Source of the DNA: Azolla caroliniana
Taxonomy: Eukaryota > Plantae > Polypodiophyta
Direction of reading: 5' to 3'
DNA: 64,000 nucleotides
NCBI GenBank assembly: GCA_043228905.1
Contig: JBHGNT010000007.1
Span: forward strand, 17,918,001 to 17,982,000
This document shows positions 23,900-34,104 of this stretch, piece after piece. The notes under the pieces are model-generated. The model saw only the letters and a program-made list of their open reading frames with translations. It was not told the DNA's origin and made no database searches. A program made the translations under genes and the position numbers. Within the stretch, counting starts at the first letter, position 1. Every line of letters starts with the position of its first letter.

Positions 23900-26861
23900 A
23901 TGACGGGAACAATATACATCCAAATTATGTGATCTCCATCTTCCCTAAAAATGAGCATAGAGGTCCATATCCTTTTAAAATGCATTTGCTTCCAGAAAAT
24001 GGCATCAACATTGCCTATGAAACTTTCATACTAACCACGTAATGTATGAAAAAGTAACAACCAGAATTCAGTAATTATAACAGAAGCATCCTGAGTGGCA
24101 TTGTCAAATATTGATGTGCATCACGCCTTCCAAACTACCCACATCAAAATAGATGAAATTTTCTTCTAGATAATATCATCCCTAAATTGCAAACTGTCAC
24201 TTATAAAAGGTTGAACCATTTGTATATGAGGAGGAACTATGTGAAAGACTTCCACTATATCCTCCTTTTCATATAACAAGAGTTGTCCCTCTAGAATGCC
24301 CGACCTAAGCGCACCCCAAGTGACCGCACAATTAGCATGTATCAATATCAACAACCCTAATACTCTATGCCATATTTGCATAATTTTAGGACAAGACCAC
24401 AACACATGCGTAATCGATTCTATCATACATCCACAACCAAAACCACATGACTTACTATCTAAGTGTCAGAACCAAGCTCGAACCGGTAGTGCATAATGGA
24501 TCAAAAACCAACGAAAAAGGACAATCTTCCTGGGAATCTTCATACTCCATAACCACTTCCAATATTTAGATGCATCCATTAAAGAGGCCCCATTTGCCAA
24601 CCACACTTTCATAGTGGATGGCTGATGAAATTTCCTACTTACGAGCAACTTTCGTCCCAACTTCATAGAATATTGAAAAAATTTAGTATGAGACGAAGAA
24701 TTTGTATGTTTCCAAAGATAATCTGATGGATCCCAATGCAAGTCCAACAATGACTTTTTTTTAAAAACCCATAATTGGCAAAACAATATACTATCAGAAG
24801 GAGAAGGATCTAAAATCCATCTTTTACCCGATTTACCAATCACTCTCATTGGATGTTGCTATGCCGTTTGCCAAATTGATGATTCCACATCAGTCTGCCA
24901 TAATCTTCCTTCCTCGGACACATCAAAATAGTAAAAGTTTCCTTGAGATGTTGTTCCTTTTACTCCTATAATAACACCAACCAGAGTAAAATATCCAAAC
25001 CAAACATGCTCAAAAGAAGGTGACCAATTAGAGAGAAAATTCCCTAAAGATAATTGAATTTCATCAAACACAAGTCTAAAACCCCAACACATAATAGCAT
25101 CTAGCTGTGAATTATTAAGATGAAAAACATAATTTCCCCACGAGGCTACCGTGGCAACTATACCATTATCCAATGTAGCCCACTATAATCGTGATCTACT
25201 GCCAAGCAATACACCCCTTTCATCAGAAAAAATAAAATTCCAAATCAAAGGTTGTCGCAACAGTTTTTCATTCAAAGAGGGGCATCTACGAATAATAAAA
25301 AACTTAACAGCATCCCATGCTTTACAAATGCCAACCATAAAACCATCTATTAGATCATGTATCATTCTCGTCTTAAAATTTGACAAGAATCCTCATCTTA
25401 GAGATGGTTTCCAAAATCCACATCTAAAATAATCTTGTTAGAGATCGATGCGACCAACCCTTGGATCCCAGCACCTGCTGAATTTAAAAATGCTTAAAAT
25501 ACCTCCGTAACAATAAGAAATAAGAAAGGGGCTAACAGACACCCTTGGCGAATAGATCGTGACATTTGAAACCTTTGTCCTCTACCTCCTGCTACTAAGA
25601 TAGAACAATAAGCTAATCTATACAAAGCTGAGGCTCCAATAATCCAAGCTTCTAGAAACCCTAATCTTCTCATCACCTCTTCTAAAATGTCCCAATTCAC
25701 TCTATCATAGGCCTTTTCAAAATCTAACAATAAAATTACTAAGTCCTCTTTCTTTGCCATAGCTAAGGTGGACAACTCCCAAAACAAAAAAATTATTATC
25801 AAATATACTCCTATCTTGCATGAAACCTGTCTGAGAAGCATGAATAATATCAAGCAATAAAGGTTGCAAACACAATGCCAATACCTTAGCATAAATTTTG
25901 TAAACTGTATTGAGTAATGTGATCGGCCACCATGCCCTAATGTCCTCGGAGGCACCATCCCCTTTCGGGATAAGACAAATCAGCCCCTCCTTCCATTCCT
26001 CTAGCATAGCTCCCGAATAAAAAATTATCTGAAAAACACTAGTTAAATCCTTAGCTATATAATGTCCCAATACTATAAGAAAACATCTCTTATTAGTCCA
26101 TCCTCTCCCAGGCAAACCTCGGAACCCAAAGATTTTAATGCTTGCAAAACCTTAGAAGAAGAAAAAGGGCATAAAAGAGTTTGAACCATTCGATCTGTAA
26201 CATATGGCTTTGTTGTACCGAAAACTATACCCCTCATTGCCAATACATTTTGACTCACCTCATTAGAAGACAACAATTGTCCATAATACCGCGATGCCAA
26301 CTCTCACATTTCATCTGGATCTGTTGCAAGAGTACCATCATCCCTCTTTAATGCACCCATCTGAAACTTCCGCGGTCTTGGAGTAACTACATCAAAAAAT
26401 AATTTCGACATTTTGTCCCCTTTTTGAGACCATTTTGCTGCAAATGCAGAGTATTTAAAATCAACCATTTTAGATTGCATAAAAAAAACTCATCTCTTAA
26501 CTTCCGTAAGTTGTTTTCAAGATAAATTGAGTTGATATCTCTTTCTTGCAAGCATTGAATCGAGGCCAACCCTCTTCTTGCATTTACCAATTGAGAGATA
26601 AGACAAAATTTCTTATCGTTAGCCTTGCCTAAAAGCAATTTCTTAAACTGAAATAAAGCCATGAAAACCTTAGTTAACTTGTTAGGAGCAAAGACACTAG
26701 ACCAAAGGGAAGCAACACTCTCTGTAATAGAATCATCCTTCAGAATCCACTTTGGAATCTTAGCATGATCATGAAATACAGCCACTCGCAATTTCAAAGT
26801 TAGCTTTACTGGTGCATGATCCGAAAAGTTTGTACCCGGCACTATCCCTAGAGATCCACCT
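23900..26861 (-). mobile_element. Decayed L1-clade LINE ORF2 (APE end, RT, zf-RVT); boundaries approximate
   Basis: SDHAPV, WKEGLICLIPK..PITLLNTVYKIYAK, LDFEKAYDRVNW, IRQGCLLAPFLF, ESITHVLWSC. Confidence 0.9.
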
Positions 26862-28180
26862 TGTAAAAGTTAGCGTGTGAAAGGTTGACAAAACCGGTTT
26901 AGCCAGGTAGCAACAAAGAATAGAAAACACAGGTTCAATGGAAGCTTGAGAATATTTAGCATACACGGGAGAGACAAAGAGAGAGCAGAACATAAAACTC
27001 TATTCTAAAATAATAATCCTCTGTGTACATAGAATGTGCTCAGAGAGCACTTTTATACAAGTCCATAAAGGACTGATAGGTACTTCAATGCTCATACGAG
27101 CGACTGTCACTGACTCCCAAAAATATGCCTACATACTAGGCTAGATCAATAGGCCTCTAACGGCCTACTGGTTTCAATCCGATCCGGCTCCTAGTTCGGG
27201 ATATCATCTGGACACCGATCCGGTTCTCCATTCCGAATACCAATTTGGCTCTAGTTTACTCAGCTGATCCGGATCCGGTTGAGCTTGCTCGCTGAACACT
27301 CCCCCTCAAGCTCAACTTGAGGTCGGATCGTGGTGTCAGTTTCTGTGGTAGCCAGTTCTTCCGTCCAACTCCTTTTGGCGTCCTCCCGCCTTGCTCATGC
27401 TCCTCGTCCGGTTCAGTTCTGCTTCCCACGACCCGTCCGGTTCTGCGTACCTCGACCTCCCCGGTCGGCTTGTCTACTCATCAAGCCCATTTCAGCTCCT
27501 TCGTTGCTATGACTCTGGCACTTGTCAACCCATCGGTTCCTCCGTGTCAGTGTCGACTTCCGCTGCTTTCTTGTCTGCTTGACCTTTAGTTGATCCGGCT
27601 CTTCTGAATCCAACTATTGAACCGAATCAGCTTCCTCCGATTCGTTCCAACTCTTGTCTGAGTTGGTAGTCTCCAACTCGTCTTCTGTTTTTAGGCCCTT
27701 CACCACATTGAACCACGTCCGGGTCTTGGCCTTCTTCCGATTGGCTCTGTCCTTCTTGACTCTGTTGCCGTTGCCGCTTGTTCCGACTTGTTCGGATGTG
27801 CCGACTCCTTTGGTCGGCTCGGCCTCCTTTTTCTACTCATCTCCCCCCTTGGTTCTTTCTTCCTCTGTGGCTCCTTGTCTTGTGCCATCTGTTCCCATTC
27901 CTGTTCTCCCCCTCAAGTGCGGCACATCGAGACGTTGAACGTTGAGCATCTCCGGAAAATGCTGCAACTTGTCTTATTCGAGCGGCTTGGTGAAGATGTC
28001 GGCAACCTACCGATCCGTGTGAACATACCAAAGTTCAACTTCACCGCTCAAGACCCGGTCACGAACAAAGTGATAATGCACTTCTATATGCTTTGTCCGA
28101 GCATGGAATACGGGGTTCTTGGCGAGCTGTATGCTGCTTACGTTGTCACAATAAATTAGGATTGGGGTCGGCACCTAGGT
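26862..28180 (-). mobile_element. 3' fragment of second copia family: RNase H end, ~600-bp 3' UTR, PPT, 3' LTR 26862-27298
   Basis: Minus strand translates to EVHYHFVRDRV..VADIFTKPL (~28090-27975); TTGAGGGGGAG then TGTTCAG at 27298. Confidence 0.85.
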
Positions 28181-29688
28181 CAAAGAAGCTGATAAAGTAA
28201 AAGGGAAGTCAGGCCCATCTTTCAAGCTTGCTTCAGACATAGAAGCAACGACGGATATAAAATAGGTACTAGAAACAAGAATATTAAATAGTAAGGTAGA
28301 ATTTACTTTAAGAGAAGTGTTGAGTATAGCAAAGAAAGAATTTCACGAAGTTATCATAGATATTATTAGAAGAAAGAGACAGGTGACGGAGGAAATTACG
28401 GGAGGGTGTGCAACAACACTCTAAGATTTGTATGGTGGCACCATCAATTCTGCAAGTGTAAAAAATAGAAATGATGTTGGGGTTCATGACGGGGATAGAA
28501 GTCACTATACAAGGAACCATTGGGCTCAAGCAACAACGAAGGTGCCTGCAAAAATTGGGGAGCAACAAATTCCATGCATTGCTTTGATCGATCATGGATC
28601 ATATATTAACACGATGTCGTCGGAATTTTACGCTCAAGGACAGTGACCGATCGACAAGAATCATGGGTGGAAGATAAGAGCTGCCACAGAGACTACGGGT
28701 GACCTATTCGGAGCATACCCCAATGTGAAGATAACAATTGGAAATGTGTCAGTGAATCAAAATTTCTTTGTGCAGGATCGATCAACCTACCCCGTCATCC
28801 TGGGTCAACCATACATCACCATGGTAAGGATGGAAACAAAGGTGATTGATGATGGTTCGGCTTTTGCGAGGATTAAGAGTCAAGATGGAAGAAAGACAGT
28901 CCAATTCTTAACCATGAGGCCCAACCACAAAAGAAATAAAGAATGCTTGAGGGAACATCCAATTCAAGAGTTGGATGAAGAATTTTCCCAGGATTTTTAG
29001 ATAGGGCTTTTACATGTGGGGGTTGTGATAGCCCAGATATGAAAGAAAACCCCATAAATAATAATGTAAAAAAAGATATTCCTTGCACAATCTCATCTAG
29101 TGGTGTTACTTTTATACTAAAAGTAGAGAATAATAAAATACAAAAGGTGTTCGAGTACTTTAAGTATTCTGGATTAATAGATGATTATGAAGAAATTCAG
29201 GATATGTTTGAAGAATTAAGTTTTGAAGATACAATAACTCATCTGGAAGCAATGGAGGACGACAACGAAATCCAAGTTCCTCTCCGTTCGATCAAGATGT
29301 ACAAAGTCATTGAAGAAGTTGCTCGAAAGGATCATGAGGCACATGTCCTGACAAAGTATGAGACAGTGGAGAAGAAGGTTCTTCCTATTGTTGCTCCACT
29401 TCCAAGGGATAGTGAAAGGGCAATCAAAGAAGCAGCCACAGAGACCCACGAAAGGTGGGACATGTGTTTACTCTAGAAACAATGCAAGGGATGAAAATAG
29501 GAGTTGTTGGTCGTATGACCTAAGCAAGGAGTGCGAGTGTATAACCTTCGGCGGTTGAATAGTTAAGTTAAACAGTGTGGTACCTAAATAATAGTATAAA
29601 AGAGAATAGTAGGAGAGGAGAAGAGAGAGAGAGAGGGAGAGAGGGAGAGAGAGAGAGAGAGAATTCAAATTTCAATTTATGTAAGAAA

Positions 29689-29744
29689 ATGTCTTTTGGC
29701 AAACATGTTTCGCTCTATATGAGCTCATCAGTGCTACAGACCAT
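29689..29744 (-). ncRNA. Minimal type I hammerhead ribozyme
   Basis: GUCU-GUA-GCA CUGAUGA GCUC-AUAUA-GAGC GAAA CAUG UU|UGC-CAAA-AGAC: complete core, 4-bp stem II, palindromic stem III (ACAUGU), stem I GCA/UGC plus GUCU/AGAC. Confidence 0.88.
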
Positions 29745-29968
29745 ATACAAAAATGTGAGAGGCTTATATAAGGGAAGATGAAAGAAGAGAGAAGGGGAGT
29801 GGTGGGGATGGATGAGGGGGGTTTTGAATGTGTATAAAGGAGGATGTGGGAGTTAGGGAGGTAGTGAATGTAGAGAGGGATAGCCTAATGAGTTTGATGG
29901 GAAGGGATGATTTGGGGATCTATTATATTTAGTTCTAATAGATAGGTAGCAATAGTAAGTGTGATGTT

Positions 29969-31760
29969 TTAATGGGGATTTGGGGATCTAATATATTTAG
30001 TTTTGACTAGATAAGAATAGAGTGATTTGGATTTGGTCCAACATATGAAAGGCTTAGGAATGTCTTTTAGTTGGGGATCTTGGCTAAGGTTGGCGTGTAA
30101 GTCTTGTAAAAACGAGTGGATGCCTAATTTAGGGGAGTTTTTAGAGTACCTAAGCTTGAATATGGTAGGTGTAACGGAAGATTTGTTTTTATGCTTATGG
30201 ACGAGAGTATTCCTAAGGGAGAAATGATGTTTTTTAAAGGCTTTAAGGATGAAATGGGGTGGGTAACCTCGGCTAATGAGTCTAAGGAAGAAACAATTTT
30301 TCATTTCTAGGTACCCTATAGGTGTGCTTTCTCTAACTAGGTAGTGTTTTAATTCGTTTGAAATAAAATTTTGTTTAACATGTATGGGATGGTCTGAAGA
30401 GAAGGGAAGATATTGATAGGAATTTAATGGTTTTTGGAAATAATTGAAGGAGAACTTAGAGTTCTCTAGATTGATCCAAATATCCAAAAAAGGGAGCCTA
30501 GTGGGGGACGTATGGATCGTAAGTTTAATAGAGTTATTGGTTATAAGGCTATAGAAATTGAGGTAGTCTAAGAGTTGGGATTTCATACCTGTCCAAACCC
30601 CGAATGCATCATCTATGTACCTAGTAAAATAGAAGAGATGGGGTGTGGTTTGTGAGTTTTCTAAGTGTGATAAGAAAATGCATGCATAGACAACTGAGAA
30701 GTTGCTACCCATGGTTGTTCCTTTGATTTGTTGGTATATTTGATTATCGAAGGTCAAGTAGTGATACTCTAGGGTTAGAGCGCTAAGGGTATATATAAGA
30801 TTAGTCTTGCTTGGCTAAGGAAAAATGGGGGGAGATGATATGACGAAGTGCTTCGAGTCCTAACTTAGGGGGGATGCTAGGATAAAGGGATTCTACATCA
30901 AAAGAGAAGATGAAACTGTTAGGAGGGGGGGTTAGTTGTTCTAGTTTTTGGATGAGGGAGTGTGAGTCTTTTAGGTATTGTTTTTGGAGTACTAGGATGG
31001 GTAAAAGTTGAAAATGTAGCCATTTCGAGGTTTGCTCGAATATCGAGTTATTATAAGAACGGATGGGTCTAAAGCTAATGGGTGTTTTATGGAGTTTAGG
31101 GAGAAAGTAAATATTAGATACTTGATATCCCTTTAGGGGTTTATGGAGTATGTAATTAGCTTCGATAAAGGAAAGTGTTCCTAGATTTTTTTGCACTATA
31201 CTATTTAGGCGATATAAGAGTTCTTCTAATGGAAAATGGGTTACTTTTCTATAGGTGGTGGTATTTGAGAGGTGGTTTATAGCTTTTTCATAATAGGTAT
31301 CTTTGTCTAGAACACATACTCCCATGTTCTTATCAGGCGGAAGAACGATAATTTGGTTGTTTTTCCTAAGGCTCTTAAGGGTTGTGCGAAGGTGAAATGG
31401 TGTCCTAACGGGTTTGGGTATAGGTTGTTGGAGTTTAGACAAAAGGAGGGTTTCATGTTTTTTAATAATATTTTCAAGAGGGGGATATTGAGATGGTGGA
31501 TTCCAGTTAGGATTTGGTAGTTTAAATGGATTAAGAGGGGGTGATTCCATGTCTCTAAAGAAATGTTTTAAATGTAAAGATCTACTTAAACTAGCAAATT
31601 CTTTAACGATAGTATTAGTGGAAGATAGAGAGGATGGTGGAATGTATTTGAGTCCTAAGCTTAGCAATTGTGTTTCATTATTTGTGAGGGGGTGTTTAGA
31701 TAAATTGTGAATTTTACTTTCTATTCGAAGGGTAGCATTAAGCGGTTTCCAAAACTTTTT
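29969..31760 (-). CDS. PLE reverse transcriptase (one frameshift near 30815; upstream stops); no GIY-YIG domain
   Basis: NLSKHPLT..LLSLGLKY, PDKNMG, LPKLHK..RPI, FDVESLYPSIP, QIKGTTMGS, RYIDD, LPFLD, SDHP..RGYP; the ORF stops right after the thumb (SKSLYSYLVKTKY). Confidence 0.92.
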
Positions 31761-32208
31761 TCATAGTCTATTACTATTGGATTTTTTCTGGCGTGGGCAG
31801 AAGGGGAAAGATGTATTTGTATTACCTAGCCACATAAAAGTGTCTGGGGTGGAGGTGGTCCTATTAAGAAGATAAAATAGGCGTCTACAAGGATGCACGA
31901 CGTGTCTAAAGTGTTTGTTAACACGCTTAGCACGTTGTGCTAGTCGTTTTTTGGTAGGCTAGAATGTGGGTTCATATGGTGTGTGGTAGGGGGAGGATTA
32001 GTGGGGTGTGGTGTATTTTTATAATGTTTATGATTAGGAGGATATGAGGGAGGGGTGGTGTGGTGTGGTGGGTGAAGGGGGTTTTTATATTAGAGAGGGG
32101 ATAATAAGAAGGGGGCTTATTAAGATACGAGGGAGGGGTAGAGTATGAGTTAAAGGGGGGGGGGGCAAATGAAAATTAGATAAAGGAGGGGGAGGGATAG
32201 TATGTGAA

Positions 32209-33556
32209 TTAGGGGCAAAATAGGGGGGGGGGGGGAGGGGGGCATGTTAGATTATCGAGAAGTAATGCAGGGGCATGGATGAGATATGGAAATAATTGAG
32301 AGGGAGAGGGGAGGGGAGGAGGCATTTGTTCATAGAGGTTGCCTCCATATGAAGACAAAGGGGGATGTGAGGAGGGAGCAGAGAAAGGGGAGTAATTAGG
32401 GTTCTGAAAACATGAGAGGTGAGGCTGTTGTGAGCATGGATGAGGGGTTGGAAGGAGGGGCAGCACAAATGTCTGTCGACTGCCTTGTGCAGTTCCAAAC
32501 AACACGCCATGTAGGGAGGGGGAAGGGTGCACGAGATGGTTGTCCAACACAGTCCCATATTCGTTTACAATAGGGGGGGGGGAATGATTGATGAAAGAGG
32601 TCGCGATCAACTGCGGCATGTTGTTGAGTATTGTGGGGTGGATCACGTTTCTGTGATGTCCAATTATCATAGTGCGTACCATGTGTACGGTGAAGAAGGG
32701 GCAGCAGCGGGAAGTTTTGTTGGCGGCTTTGATTCATAATAGAGTGTCGAAATTGTTGCCTTGAAATGTTTGGCAGGTGTGGCTGACAATAGTATGGTGG
32801 ATGGAGCTCGGGTACGGTGTTAGGAGCCAGAGGACTTGTATGAGCGGGGAGATGACTGAGGCCTATCGTTGCGAATGGTTGTGGTGAGCGGTAATGGTGC
32901 AGTTCATTATTGGGAAAGTGTGGGTTATGGAAAAGAACTTGATGCCCACCGGGGTTGGGATAAGGTTTAAATGCATGTTTAACCTCATTAGTTGCGGTGT
33001 TGCAGGTGAAAAGGAGGTTAGATGCTCGGTGACGAGGACATTGCGCTTGTTTGGAGTTATTATTAGAGCGGTGGTTTGGGTTAGGGTGAGAGTTAGGAAA
33101 AGGGTTAGTGGTATTTTTGGAATTAAAGTTAGTGTTTGGGTTAGATTTAGGTTCTAGGTTAGGGTTTAGGGTAAAGTTTAGATTCTTTTTGGGGTTGGGT
33201 GTGGGTGTGTGATTAGAATTTTTATTTAGGTTAATAGTATGGGGGACCGAATTTTTAGTGTTATTTATCTCAGCTTCTATAGGAGCAATGTACGAGGGAC
33301 TGTCATAAAACATTTCATTATCATTTTCTTCTTCCCCTTCATACATTGTAACGTCTATATTTCTAATATTAGGGTTTTCATATCTATTTTGTGCTCTTGT
33401 TTTATCTCTAAGTTTCGTGGATGTTCTCTTAAGTGTATCATCAATGTTGTGATTTAGTGCGAAATCGTCACACATTTTTAGGATTTCAGAGCCGAAATCT
33501 TGTAGTAACGTATTAATTGTTTCTTGAAAATTAGTAGGCTCAACATATGATGACAC
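32209..33556 (-). CDS. Putative PLE ORF1, low complexity (Asn/Pro/His-rich), probably frameshifted
   Basis: 386-aa ORF and overlapping 157-aa ORF, co-oriented with and upstream of RT inside the TSD; no recognisable domain. Confidence 0.5.
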
Positions 33557-33612
33557 ATCCTCAAAATGTTGGGGTTCTTGAAGGATGTTCGCAAAGTGGG
33601 GGGGGCATTGCT

Positions 33613-34104
33613 ATCGAGAGTGGACATGCTCCCTATTCGAGTGGTGTACTGACCCGCACTCCTTGTTGGCCGTAAGGCACTAATGCTAAAAAGAACCCTA
33701 ATATTCTACGGAGCTTCGCACCTAAGCGTTGCAGTCAGACCCACGGTGTTGCGGGCTAACCACCTAAACTTGTGTGGCACCATTGAGCACGCTACAAACC
33801 TAGGTGTGACGTCTGCAGTCAGTATACCACCCACTTGCGGGTGACCGCCAACCACTTGCGAGGGATCAATGTGTAGCACATTCCTACCTACCTTGGCAAG
33901 TCACATGCCATGAGTTTTGTGGTTGTTTGGATGCTTCAAGCATTGCTAGTTAAGCGTGCTTGAGCCAAAACAGTACTGGGATGGGTGACCTCTCAGGATG
34001 TCCTGGTTACATCCATGATAGTAAATCGAGAGTGGACATGCTCCATATTTGAGCGGTGTACTAACCCGCACTCCTTATTGGCTGTAAGGCACTAATGCTA
34101 AAAA
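33613..34104 (+). repeat. Pair of 80-bp direct repeats (33613-33692 and 34025-34104)
   Basis: ATCGAGAGTGGACATGCTCC...GCACTAATGCTAAAAA occurs twice, with 6 mismatches counted. Confidence 0.92.
33929..34014 (+). rRNA. Internally deleted 5S rRNA-derived sequence (Pol III internal control region), not a full 5S gene
   Basis: GGATGC..AGTTAAGCGTGCTTGAGCCAAAACAGTACTGGGATGGGTGACCTCTCAGGATGTCCTGGTTACATCC versus plant 5S GGATGC..AGTTAAGCGTGCTTGGGCGAGAGTAGTACTAGGATGGGTGACCTCCTGGGAAGTCCTCGTGTTGCATCC. Confidence 0.9.

Larger units (their letters stand above)
29504..34104 (-). mobile_element. Penelope-like element (PLE) without visible endonuclease, flanked by a 15-bp TSD
   Basis: TSD GGATGAAAATAGGAG at 29489-29503 and 34105-34119; removing the insert restores the host frame GHVFTLETMQGMKIGGGDFLL; encodes a PLE-type RT. 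Confidence 0.92.

Noticed and set aside
33070-33200. Telomere-like TTAGGG/TTTAGGG runs in the PLE
   Set aside because: Scattered, degenerate and internal; explained by Asn-Pro coding in ORF1. No telomeric repeats at the element ends.
33715-33780. Pistol or twister ribozyme (CCTAAGCGTTG motif)
   Set aside because: Only a short motif matches; the required stems and pseudoknots could not be built by eye.
33929-34014. Functional 5S rRNA gene or Cassandra TRIM
   Set aside because: The 5' domain is deleted and there is no T-run terminator; no TG..CA LTR pair, PBS or PPT surrounds it.
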